Notes under the pieces: model-generated | What the model was told of the DNA's origin: nothing | Database searches by the model: none | What the model saw: the letters and a program-made list of their open reading frames with translations, nothing else | Assembly: GCA_036266715.1 (NCBI GenBank) | Contig: DATAXS010000004.1 | Span: 889 to 64,888 of the forward strand | Length of the DNA: 64,000 nt | Direction of reading: 5' to 3' | DNA from: Minisyncoccota bacterium | Lineage (GTDB): Bacteria; Patescibacteriota; Minisyncoccia; UBA6257; 2-01-FULL-56-20 | In this document: positions 46,106 through 54,718 of the stretch, one piece after another | Layout: every line of letters begins with the position of its first letter | Numbering within the stretch: position 1 is the first letter of the stretch | Translations under genes and position numbers: made by a program

Positions 46106-46534
46106 ATGGACATCTTGCGTTCAAGAACGCTTGCGTGGACCGCGCACGCACGCGCAAAGATGAATTTCTACCGCCTCTCCGAGGGCCGCGTGCGGCGCGT
46201 GCTCCATGCGCCGAAGCGGGTGGAAGAAGGCGTGGCGCCAAGGACGATTGCGCTCATGCAACCGGCGTCCATGAAAACAGCGACCACGTGGGCGCAGGAG
46301 ATTTGGGTGATGGTGCAGGACGCGGGCAGCAAGAGGAAAGTGATCAGCGCGTGGCGCTATCCGGGCGTCACGAAGCCGCGCGCGGTGCTCCAGATGATGC
46401 AGAAGGAATATAGGGAATACGCCAAAGAGATCCCGAAAGAAAAGCCGGCCGCAAGCGAGTTCCTGACCCGTCCCGTAACCAAAAACAAAAGAAGGCGGTT
46501 ATATACGCATGATTTTAACAAGCCCGTCGTTTGA
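46106..46534 (+). CDS. Hypothetical basic protein
   Basis: Open frame that overlaps the next gene by 26 nt. Confidence 0.4.
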   Translation: MDILRSRTLAWTAHARAKMNFYRLSEGRVRRVLHAPKRVEEGVAPRTIALMQPASMKTATTWAQEIWVMVQDAGSKRKVISAWRYPGVTKPRAVLQMMQKEYREYAKEIPKEKPAASEFLTRPVTKNKRRRLYTHDFNKPVV

Positions 46535-46958
46535 GGACGGCGGCGAGATTCCAAAAAAGTTCACATGTGACGGCGGGGACATTAACCCGGAGCTTTCAAT
46601 ACAGAACGTACCGGAGGATGCGGAAAGCTTGGCCATCATCATGCACGATCCCGATGCCCCGCGCGAAGGCGGCTTTACGCACTGGGTAGTGTGGAACATT
46701 GTGCCTACGACCGCGGTCATTAAAGAAGAGAGCACGCCGCCGGGAAGTGTGGAGGGTCTGAACGGTGCCAAAAAAAGCGGCTACATGGGTCCGTGCCCGC
46801 CTTCCGGTACGCACCACTACGAATTCCATATTTATGCGCTTGATACCATCCTGGAACTTCCCGAGAGCGCGGACAAAGCGGCGCTCGAGCGGGAGATAAA
46901 AAAGTATTTGATCGAAGAGGCAGTGCTCGCGGGAGTTTATAGCCGCCACGCCACGTAA
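46509..46958 (+). CDS. YbhB/YbcL-family phosphatidylethanolamine-binding protein (PEBP)
   Basis: Motifs DPDAP...HWVVWNI...GPCPPSGTHHYEFHIYALD. Confidence 0.8.
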   Translation: MILTSPSFEDGGEIPKKFTCDGGDINPELSIQNVPEDAESLAIIMHDPDAPREGGFTHWVVWNIVPTTAVIKEESTPPGSVEGLNGAKKSGYMGPCPPSGTHHYEFHIYALDTILELPESADKAALEREIKKYLIEEAVLAGVYSRHAT

Positions 46959-46987
46959 TTGACCTTTTGCAGGAGATAATGTATAAT
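46959..46987 (+). promoter_or_regulatory. Sigma70-like promoter TTGACC-N17-TATAAT
   Basis: Consensus hexamers, followed by a GAGGAGG SD for the 47035 gene. Confidence 0.5.
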
Positions 46988-47034
46988 CTTGGCAGTAAGA
47001 AAGATAACGGATAGATAACAGAGGAGGAAGTGCA

Positions 47035-47310
47035 ATGATTGCTGTAGTGCTCCTGATCGTGGCCGTGATATGTGCCGCGGTGATCTATTTTGCAGTGGGA
47101 TTTTTCCCAAGAGGGGGAAACGGACAATCCATACTCCTTGTATCTGTTGCCGGTGCTCTTTTTACGGCTACTCTGATTTTTTACCAACACCTGCTGTCCG
47201 TCGGGGCGCCCCATCCGGCGCGCACGACATTTATTTTTCTTTCCGTCGGTCTTGCGATGTTATTTCTTTCAGGGTGGCTGGGGTTTCGTTCCAACCGACC
47301 GCGCCGCTAA
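47035..47310 (+). CDS. Small membrane protein (three TM helices)
   Basis: Promoter and SD immediately upstream. Confidence 0.45.
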   Translation: MIAVVLLIVAVICAAVIYFAVGFFPRGGNGQSILLVSVAGALFTATLIFYQHLLSVGAPHPARTTFIFLSVGLAMLFLSGWLGFRSNRPRR

Positions 47311-47363
47311 GCTTACGGCGAACGGAGGAGAGCAATCTCCTCCGTTTTTGTTATACTTAATTT

Positions 47364-47738
47364 ATGAAATCGAACCTGGCGGCGACCATGTTGCGATGGG
47401 GGCTCGCGTTCGTGTTTTTTTATGTGGCGATCGCGGCGCTCAAAGTGCCTTTTGTGTGGGCGGCATATCTTCCGGGCTTTCTGGCATTCATTCCGTCAAA
47501 GGGCTTCATTATTTGTTTTTCAATATATTCGTTTATCCTGGCCATTTGGCTCTTTTGGGGGAGGAAAGTGATATGGTCCTCCATCGTCGCCGCAATCACG
47601 CTTGCGGTCGTGATCCTTGTGAAATTAAGCGATTTAGATCTTGTATTCCCCACGATCGGACTCTTTTTTTCGGCCCTTGCGCTCCACAATCTTGCCCGCG
47701 AAAAAGATTTCAAGGAAGAGAACGGGGAAGAGGTGTAA
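47364..47738 (+). CDS. DoxX-like small membrane protein
   Basis: Four TM helices with a pattern typical of DoxX/DUF417-like proteins. Confidence 0.45.
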   Translation: MKSNLAATMLRWGLAFVFFYVAIAALKVPFVWAAYLPGFLAFIPSKGFIICFSIYSFILAIWLFWGRKVIWSSIVAAITLAVVILVKLSDLDLVFPTIGLFFSALALHNLAREKDFKEENGEEV

Positions 47739-47785
47739 GCGCCAAAATTTGAGCGCAGCGCGTAGTATGGTATAATGGCCATACG

Positions 47786-48364
47786 ATGGATACGACTATA
47801 AAAACCGATGCAGAATTGGTGCGTGCGGTCCTCCGGGGCGACAAGAACGCATTCCCGGTGCTTTTGGAGCGCCACATGGACTCGGTGTACAAGTTCGCGT
47901 TCCGGTATGTGCGGAATGGAGAGGATGCCGATGACGTAACGCAGGAAGCATTCATCCGCGTGTGGAAAAATCTCAAGAAATTTGATACCTCCAAGAACTT
48001 CAAGACCTGGCTTTTTACGATAGCCAAGAACGTGGCGCTTGATATCCTCAAAAAGAAAAAGCCGCTCAACTTTTCGCAGATCGCGGAGGAAGACGAGCAG
48101 CTGGATGCGGTCTTTGCGTCACATTTGGAAAGTCCGGAATTGCCGGATTCGCTTTACGAACGCAAGCTCGTAAAAGCAGGCCTCGGCGCCGCGCTCACCA
48201 CGCTCCCGCAGAATTACCAAACAGTGCTCACTATGCGCTACGAAGGAAATCTCAAATTCCGTGAGATCGCGGAAACGCTCCATGAGCCGATTGATACCGT
48301 GAAGAGCAAACATCGCCGCGGGCTTATGATGCTGAGGAAGGTCGTGGGGAAAGACAAGGCCTAG
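47786..48364 (+). CDS. ECF-type RNA polymerase sigma factor
   Basis: Region 2 (DVTQEAFIRVWKN) and region 4 helix-turn-helix (YREIAETL). Upstream is a near-leaderless promoter TTTGAG-N17-TATAAT with a TGn extension. Confidence 0.8.
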   Translation: MDTTIKTDAELVRAVLRGDKNAFPVLLERHMDSVYKFAFRYVRNGEDADDVTQEAFIRVWKNLKKFDTSKNFKTWLFTIAKNVALDILKKKKPLNFSQIAEEDEQLDAVFASHLESPELPDSLYERKLVKAGLGAALTTLPQNYQTVLTMRYEGNLKFREIAETLHEPIDTVKSKHRRGLMMLRKVVGKDKA

Positions 48365-48435
48365 CAAAAAGAGAGGGGTTTTCCAGACAGAGGGCTCCCT
48401 TTACTGTCTGGAAAACCCCTCTCTTTTTGCTAGGC
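48359..48435. repeat. Perfect palindrome H4: 32-bp stem (ggcctagcaaaaagagaggggttttccagacag) with 13-nt loop AGGGCTCCCTTTA, overlapping the stop codon of the sigma factor gene
   Basis: Arms at 48359-48390 and 48404-48435 are exact reverse complements. Confidence 0.9.
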
Positions 48436-48521
48436 ATACATTTTCCCCACGATCCTTTTGGAGTGTTAGGAGCGGGAGGCGGGAAGGCACCCAAATAGGG
48501 CCAATTTTCGTATTAAGAGCG

Positions 48522-48935
48522 ATGGAAATGCAACCACAAGCGCCCAATAATGGACAGCAACACGGGCACGAAAAGGATCTTGGCAAAAAGATCCTCCTTC
48601 GCATTGAGCGCCGCGAACGGCGGATCATGACGACAAAAGCGACCGCGTTCGCCATGCTCCTCGCGGCATCGGTCTTTATCTCGATCTACGGCGTGTTTGA
48701 CGTGGTGAACGACGCGTCGCATTCGGGATTTTTTGCGTTCGCATCACTTTTCTTTTCCGATTTTTCCATGGCGATGGCGAACTTCTCCGACTTCGCGCTT
48801 TCCATGGTGGAATCATTCCCGATCTTGGCCATGATCCTTTTCCTTTCCGGAGTGCTTTTTGCGTGTTGGTCCCTTTCGCGCCTGCTGGAAGAAAAAGAAC
48901 TGATGCACCACCACACGTTTTCCGCGCTCCAGTAA
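48522..48935 (+). CDS. Putative anti-sigma factor or membrane protein (three TM helices)
   Basis: Located downstream of the ECF sigma factor. Basic N-terminus followed by hydrophobic helices. Confidence 0.4.
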   Translation: MEMQPQAPNNGQQHGHEKDLGKKILLRIERRERRIMTTKATAFAMLLAASVFISIYGVFDVVNDASHSGFFAFASLFFSDFSMAMANFSDFALSMVESFPILAMILFLSGVLFACWSLSRLLEEKELMHHHTFSALQ

Positions 48936-48999
48936 TCTTCACCAAAATCCCCACCAACCCGCACGCCACAGAAACCGAGATCCCGGATATTAAATCTTT

Positions 49000-49500
49000 A
49001 TGAAAAACTTCTTGCAATCGTCAAAGGGAAAGGCCATCCTTATCATTATCGGAGGCGTGATCGTGGTCCTTGCGGTGTTTGCGTTCGGCGCTTCCGTGGG
49101 ATATCATCGCGGGCTTTTTGCGGACCATTTCGGCGAGAACTATTTTAAGAATTTCTACGGCGGTCCTGCGGGCAAGATGACCATGACCATGCATGGGGTT
49201 GCGGGGGACGTGATAGGCGTGTCGAGCGCCACGATCGCCGTGGAGGCCGCGGACGGGGACGAACAATCGGTATTTGTGCCGGCGGGCGTCGTCATCCGGG
49301 AAGAGGACAATACGATCATGGTGCAGGACGTGAATGTGGGCGATGGCATTACGGTCATTGGCGACCCCACGGAAGAAGGCCAGATAGAAGCCCGTTTTAT
49401 AAGGGTGTTTCCCGCATCGTCTTCCATGATGCAGATGGTCATGCCCGCCATGCCGGTTCCCGTACAGATCATCGTGCCTCCCGGTCAGGGGCAACCATAA
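49000..49500 (+). CDS. Hypothetical membrane-anchored secreted protein with a Met/Pro-rich C-terminal tail (SSMMQMVMPAMPVPVQ)
   Basis: N-terminal TM anchor and a beta-rich domain. Confidence 0.45.
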   Translation: MKNFLQSSKGKAILIIIGGVIVVLAVFAFGASVGYHRGLFADHFGENYFKNFYGGPAGKMTMTMHGVAGDVIGVSSATIAVEAADGDEQSVFVPAGVVIREEDNTIMVQDVNVGDGITVIGDPTEEGQIEARFIRVFPASSSMMQMVMPAMPVPVQIIVPPGQGQP

Positions 49501-49524
49501 AAACTAATTGGTCGTATAAAAAGC

Positions 49525-51387
49525 ATGTTAAAAAGGTTCGGTACATTCGTGAAGGCGCATAAAGTCATCAGTTTGGTAGTGGTCGTTGTGGTGGTGGGCG
49601 GCGGATACTATTGGTACAACGGGTCGCACGGCGCCACGGCGGTCACTAAATATGTGATCCAAGACGCCACGCAGGGGACGGTTGTCGCGTCCGTTACGGC
49701 AAGCGGCCAGATAAACCCCGTTACGTCAATCGACGTGAAGCCGCAGGTTTCGGAAAACGTGACCAAGATCTACGTGCAGGTGGGCGACCAGGTGACGGAG
49801 GGTGAGCCGCTCGTTCAGTTGGACGACACAAATGAAGAACAAGCGCTCAACCAGGCCCAACTTTCCTTCCAGCAGGCGCAGCTGAACCTTGACCAGCTTA
49901 CCCAGATCTCTACCACGACCCTTCTTGGGGACCAGGATTCGGTGACGCGGGACGGGCAGGCGCTCGTCACGGCGTCCGCCACGCTCACGAGCGATTACCA
50001 GAGCGGATTTGATACAATATCCTCCGCATTTGTGAGCCTGCAGGCGGTTATGACCGGACTCCAGGATTTTGTGCAGGGGAACGACATCAGTAAGGTGCAG
50101 GCGGATCCGGATGCATACGTAAGTCTTATGCCCAATTATCTCCAGCCGAGCACGCTGCCCTACAGCAACGCGCTCATTGCGGACTACAACGCGGCCCTCA
50201 CGGCGTATCAGCAGAACCTCGTGGACTACCACGCCACGGATCGCACGGCTGCTCCTGCCACACTGGACGCCCTTTTTTCCGAAACCTACAACACGGTGGA
50301 GCTCGTCAGTAACGCAACGAAGGACGCGAATGACCTCATCAATTACGTCATCAATAACTATCCGAAGGATGCCGGGCTCCAGGCGCTTCCCTCCGTCACC
50401 AACACCTTCCAGACGAATTTTGGGAACTACACCAATACGGCGGACAGTGAAGTGACAAGCATACAGGGCGTGATCACGGGCCTCTTGAACGACAAGAACG
50501 GCTACGCGAACGACGGGACGTCGCTTGAGGAAGCAAGCGAGACGCTCGCGGAGCTCGTCGGGGGTCCTACTCAGACCGACCTCCTTTCCCAGCAGATCAG
50601 CATCCAGAGCGCGCAGAATAATCTTCAGACCGCGGAGAACAACCTTGCGTATACGACCATCCGCGCGCCGATTGCGGGAGAAATTTCTGCAGTAGACGCG
50701 GTAGTAGGGGAAACCGTGGCCTCTCCTGCGGTGAGTATTGTGGGGACGGGGAACGAGGCGGATGTCACGCTGAACGAAGTGGACGCCGCGAAGGTGCAGG
50801 TGGGCAACCAGGCAACGCTCACGTTCGACGCCCTGCCCGACGTGTCGCTTGCAGGTACCGTGACGGAAGTGGACCCGGTGGGCACGGTGAGCCAGGGTGT
50901 GGTGAATTACACCGTAGAGATCGGTTTCAGCCAGCCGGCGAACACTTCGTCCAGTAATCTTGTGAAGCCGGGCATGACCGTGACGGCAGCGATTGTGACG
51001 CAAGCGGACCAGAATGTGATCGCGGTGCCGAACTCGGCGGTGACGACCGTTGGCGGCGCAAGCTACGTGCTTGAGCCTGCGACACCGGTCTCGGCCGACG
51101 TGCTCGCCGCGAGCGCTACGGGCGGCGTCGTACTTTCAGAAGCGCCGACGCGGGTTCCCGTGACGACTGGCCTTTCCAACAACACCATGACCGAGATCAC
51201 CTCGGGCGTGAACGCGGGCGACCAGATAATTACACAGACGCTCACGACCTCCGCGAGTACCGCGCCCGCCGCGACGGGCGGCACGAGTGCCCTGCGCGCG
51301 TTGGGCGGCGGAGCGGGTGCGACGTTCGGCGGGGGAGGCGGCGGCGGCGGAGGCACTTTCGTGGGCGGCGGCGCGCGCGGCGGGTAA
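49525..51387 (+). CDS. Efflux periplasmic adaptor / membrane fusion protein (MacA-HlyD family) with a Gly-rich C-terminus
   Basis: N-terminal TM anchor, biotinyl/lipoyl-like hairpin (VKPQVSENVTKIYVQVGDQVTEGEPL), long coiled coil and beta-barrel (TIRAPIAGEI). Confidence 0.7.
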   Translation: MLKRFGTFVKAHKVISLVVVVVVVGGGYYWYNGSHGATAVTKYVIQDATQGTVVASVTASGQINPVTSIDVKPQVSENVTKIYVQVGDQVTEGEPLVQLDDTNEEQALNQAQLSFQQAQLNLDQLTQISTTTLLGDQDSVTRDGQALVTASATLTSDYQSGFDTISSAFVSLQAVMTGLQDFVQGNDISKVQADPDAYVSLMPNYLQPSTLPYSNALIADYNAALTAYQQNLVDYHATDRTAAPATLDALFSETYNTVELVSNATKDANDLINYVINNYPKDAGLQALPSVTNTFQTNFGNYTNTADSEVTSIQGVITGLLNDKNGYANDGTSLEEASETLAELVGGPTQTDLLSQQISIQSAQNNLQTAENNLAYTTIRAPIAGEISAVDAVVGETVASPAVSIVGTGNEADVTLNEVDAAKVQVGNQATLTFDALPDVSLAGTVTEVDPVGTVSQGVVNYTVEIGFSQPANTSSSNLVKPGMTVTAAIVTQADQNVIAVPNSAVTTVGGASYVLEPATPVSADVLAASATGGVVLSEAPTRVPVTTGLSNNTMTEITSGVNAGDQIITQTLTTSASTAPAATGGTSALRALGGGAGATFGGGGGGGGGTFVGGGARGG

Positions 51388-51411
51388 ACATTTCGCCGAA
51401 ATAATACTCCA

Positions 51412-52227
51412 ATGCATCACGAAGACCATGCCACAAAAAATATCATTGAGTGCAAGGATATCAAAAAGACCTATCACACGGGCGGGATTGATACCGTCGT
51501 GCTGAAAGGCATTACGTTCTCCGTCAAAGAAGGGGAGTTTGTGGCGATCATGGGACCGTCCGGTTCGGGCAAATCCACACTCATGCACATTATTGGCGCG
51601 CTTGATACGCCGACCTCGGGTGAATATTTCCTTGACGGGAAAAATATTGCCAAGCTCACGGACGAGGAGCTCGCGGATATCCGCCGCGAGAAGATCGGCT
51701 TTGTGTTCCAGTCGTTCAATCTTTTGCCGCGCGCGTCCGTACTGAGGAACGTTTCCCTGCCGCTCGTCTACGCCGGCATAGAAAAGGAAAAGCGCCTCAC
51801 GATCGCAAAAAAGGCGCTCAATGATTCCGCGTTCCCGCAAAAATTCTGGGAGCACCACTCCAACCAGCTTTCAGGCGGCATGATGCAGCGGGTGGCCATT
51901 GCGCGTTCGCTCGTGAACGACCCGGCGCTCATCCTTGCGGACGAGCCGACCGGCAACCTTGACTCCAAAACCGGCGAGATCGTGCTCCACACGTTCCAGG
52001 CGCTCAACATGCAGCACGGGAAGACGGTAGTGCTTATTACGCACGAGCCGTATGTAGCCGAGCACGCGGACCGCATTATCCACATTCGCGACGGTGATAT
52101 TATGAGCGACCAGGTAAACCACAAAAAGCGTATTGCGCGGAACGAAAAAGACATAGACGTGCAGGCCGGCGAGGAGCACGCCTCGCACGCAGTGCGGGCG
52201 GGGTCGCACGCCGCGGCGGAAGAGTAG
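51412..52227 (+). CDS. ABC transporter ATP-binding protein (MacB/LolD/FtsE type)
   Basis: Walker A GPSGSGKST, Q-loop, signature LSGGMMQRVAIARSL and Walker B LILADEPTGNLD. Confidence 0.9.
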   Translation: MHHEDHATKNIIECKDIKKTYHTGGIDTVVLKGITFSVKEGEFVAIMGPSGSGKSTLMHIIGALDTPTSGEYFLDGKNIAKLTDEELADIRREKIGFVFQSFNLLPRASVLRNVSLPLVYAGIEKEKRLTIAKKALNDSAFPQKFWEHHSNQLSGGMMQRVAIARSLVNDPALILADEPTGNLDSKTGEIVLHTFQALNMQHGKTVVLITHEPYVAEHADRIIHIRDGDIMSDQVNHKKRIARNEKDIDVQAGEEHASHAVRAGSHAAAEE

Positions 52228-52242
52228 CACAGAAATTTTATT

Positions 52243-53487
52243 ATGAAAACCGAAGATCTTTTTGAAGAAACATACAGTGCGGTGACCGTGAACAAAGTGC
52301 GGTCGGGTTTAACGATGCTTGGCATCGTGATAGGCATTGCGTCCGTGATCGCGCTCCAGGCAGTGGGGCAGGGCGCGCAAAGCTCCATTCAATCCAGCAT
52401 CCAGTCGCTCGGTGCGAATTTGATTATGGTCACGCCGGGCGCACAGAAGACGATCGGTACCACGGTGAGCACCGGGTTGGGGAGCGCGGAGACCCTCACG
52501 GCAGACGACGCAACCGCCATCTCCCAGCTTCCCGACGTCACCGCCGTGGCGCCCGAGGTAAGCGGCCGCTACCAGGTGGTCTATAAAGGACAGAACACCA
52601 ACGTGAGCGTGATGGGGACGACCTCCGCATATCCCACGGTGCGAAACGTGCAGGTCGCCGATGGAAGCTTTGTGACCGATACCGACAACACCGAATCGAA
52701 TCTCGTGGCCGTGATCGGTCCCACCGTGCTCCAAACGCTTTTTGCGCCGAGCGCGAACGCAAGCGCAACGCCCGACATGGCGATAGGGCAGAATATCCTT
52801 ATTAAAGGAAATGTGTTTACGGTGGTTGGCGTCACGGTCTCAAAAGGCGGTAGCGGTTTTAACAATCAGGACGACATGATCTACGTGCCACTCACGACCG
52901 CCCAGCACTACTTGATCGGCAGTACTGCGTATGTGACGGAGGTGGACGTGGAGGCATCGAGCCAGAACGACATGACGACGGTCCAGAACGACATCACGTC
53001 GCTCTTGCTCCAACGGCACAATATTTCCGATCCCACGCAGGCGGACTTTACGGTATTGAACCAGCAGGATATTGTCTCCGCCGCCTCAAGCGTCACGGGT
53101 ACCTTCACCACGCTGCTTGCCGCAATTGCAGGCATCTCGCTCGTCGTGGGCGGCATCGGCATTATGAACATGATGCTTACGACGGTCACCGAGCGTACGC
53201 GTGAAATCGGTTTGCGCAAAGCCATCGGTGCAAAAAAGAACGACATCACGATGCAGTTTCTTGCCGAGGCCGTCACGCTCACGTTTGGCGGTGGGATAAT
53301 TGGGATCGTGCTCGGGTGGCTCGCGGCATTGCTCATATCCACGCTCACGGGAACGGCAACGAGCGTGTCGCTCAGTTCCATTATTCTTGCGTTCTGCGTG
53401 TCCGCGGGCATCGGGATCGTGTTCGGCTATTATCCCGCCCGCCGCGCTGCGAGCCTTTCACCAATAGAAGCATTGAGATATGAATAA
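52243..53487 (+). CDS. ABC transporter permease (MacB-like; MacB_PCD plus FtsX domains)
   Basis: N-terminal TM helix, periplasmic domain and C-terminal three-TM FtsX module. Confidence 0.85.
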   Translation: MKTEDLFEETYSAVTVNKVRSGLTMLGIVIGIASVIALQAVGQGAQSSIQSSIQSLGANLIMVTPGAQKTIGTTVSTGLGSAETLTADDATAISQLPDVTAVAPEVSGRYQVVYKGQNTNVSVMGTTSAYPTVRNVQVADGSFVTDTDNTESNLVAVIGPTVLQTLFAPSANASATPDMAIGQNILIKGNVFTVVGVTVSKGGSGFNNQDDMIYVPLTTAQHYLIGSTAYVTEVDVEASSQNDMTTVQNDITSLLLQRHNISDPTQADFTVLNQQDIVSAASSVTGTFTTLLAAIAGISLVVGGIGIMNMMLTTVTERTREIGLRKAIGAKKNDITMQFLAEAVTLTFGGGIIGIVLGWLAALLISTLTGTATSVSLSSIILAFCVSAGIGIVFGYYPARRAASLSPIEALRYE

Positions 53488-53519
53488 TTCTTTTAAAATT
53501 TATTTTGAAGTGACGACTA

Positions 53520-53595
53520 TGGATGGAACGCTCCGGTGCTTTTCCGGCAGTGTGGCTCTGAACTCTGCCGGAAAAGCACCGGAGCGTTCCATCCA
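53520..53595. repeat. Perfect palindrome H5: 31-bp stem (tggatggaacgctccggtgcttttccggcag) with 14-nt loop TGTGGCTCTGAACT. The reverse complement of the loop matches the H1 loop at 12/14 positions
   Basis: Arms at 53520-53550 and 53565-53595 are exact reverse complements. Confidence 0.9.
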
Positions 53596-53629
53596 AAAAC
53601 GGTCGAACTAAAATAAAATATTAACAATT

Positions 53630-54130
53630 ATGAAAAAATACAAAGTGCACATCATCTGGGTCATCGTGGCGGTCGTCGCGCTCGCGGGAGGTTTCTTCTG
53701 GGGCAAGTCGATGGCGCCGGCCGCTACCGGGTTCCCGGGCGGGGGATCGTTTGCGGGAGCATCGGGAACAAGGACGTTCGCGCGTGGCGGTGCCGCCGCG
53801 GGTGCGGGAGGCGGGCTCGTGACGGGCCAGGTCCTCTCCATGAGCGGGGACAGCATGACGGTCCAGCTTACAAACGGCAACTCGCAGGTGGTATTCTATT
53901 CAAGTTCCACGTCGGTCATAAAGCCGGAGCCCGCGCCTGTAAGCGCGCTTACGCCGGGCACATCGGTCATGATCGTGGGTACCACGAATTCTGACGGCAG
54001 CTTGACCGCACAGTCCATCCAGGTCCGCACAGCGAGCAGCACGGGTGGTTTTGGCGGCGGTGCGGGAGGCGGGGGCGGAACGGGCTCGGGCTCGGGCACG
54101 GGTGCAAGTGCCAATACCAGCGGGCAATAA
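53630..54130 (+). CDS. Hypothetical secreted Gly-rich protein with an N-terminal TM/signal anchor
   Basis: Open frame with a terminator downstream. Confidence 0.5.
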   Translation: MKKYKVHIIWVIVAVVALAGGFFWGKSMAPAATGFPGGGSFAGASGTRTFARGGAAAGAGGGLVTGQVLSMSGDSMTVQLTNGNSQVVFYSSSTSVIKPEPAPVSALTPGTSVMIVGTTNSDGSLTAQSIQVRTASSTGGFGGGAGGGGGTGSGSGTGASANTSGQ

Positions 54131-54165
54131 CGCAAAAATAGAAGCCCTAGGCGAACTTTTTTAAA

Positions 54166-54196
54166 AGCAGTCCGGGCCGCCCGGGCTGTTTTTTTG
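54166..54196 (+). terminator. Rho-independent terminator (cagtccggg-ccg-cccgggctg plus T7)
   Basis: Stem of 9 bp with one G-U pair, followed by TTTTTTT. Confidence 0.65.
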
Positions 54197-54213
54197 CGTT
54201 GCGCCCTATGCAC

Positions 54214-54241
54214 TTGCGCACGGGGCGCCCGGCGGTATAAT
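54214..54241 (+). promoter_or_regulatory. Promoter TTGCGC-N16-TATAAT upstream of the MarR gene
   Basis: Consensus -10 hexamer. Confidence 0.45.
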
Positions 54242-54267
54242 AGTTAAGTAACCTAATTATTCAGTTT

Positions 54268-54702
54268 ATGAAAAAAGAATTTTCAAAGCAAGAAACGGGA
54301 CAGCTTGTGTCACTTGTCTTCGTGATGGGACGGCACATAAAAGAGGATTTCCAAAAGCTTGCGCGGCAGGCATCATGCTCGTTCATCGGGTTCCAGGCGC
54401 TCCGCTACATAAAAGAAACGGAAAAGCCGTCCATGCGGGACGTGGCGAGCCATTTTATGGTCACGCCGCCCGCGGCGACCCTGCTCATTGACGGTCTCGT
54501 GGAAGAAAAGCTTATCGCGCGCGTGGCGGACAAGCGGGACCGCCGCGCCGTGCGCCTTTATGTTACTCTCAAGGGTAATGCGCTGCTGGAGCGCGGCACG
54601 CGTGTCATGACCCGCGCGCTCGCAAAGCTCTTCGGGAACCTCACGCCCGCGGAAAGGGCGCAATTTATCGCGCTTCTCAAAAAAGTCGTCAAAGAAAAAT
54701 AA
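54268..54702 (+). CDS. MarR-family transcriptional regulator
   Basis: Winged helix-turn-helix of MarR type. It precedes the efflux genes. Confidence 0.8.
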   Translation: MKKEFSKQETGQLVSLVFVMGRHIKEDFQKLARQASCSFIGFQALRYIKETEKPSMRDVASHFMVTPPAATLLIDGLVEEKLIARVADKRDRRAVRLYVTLKGNALLERGTRVMTRALAKLFGNLTPAERAQFIALLKKVVKEK

Positions 54703-54718
54703 TATACCTATCTCTATC

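Noticed and set aside
3577-53595. CRISPR array interpretation of the long repeats
   Set aside because: The palindromes are dispersed single copies with unrelated stems, not a direct-repeat and spacer array. No cas genes are present.
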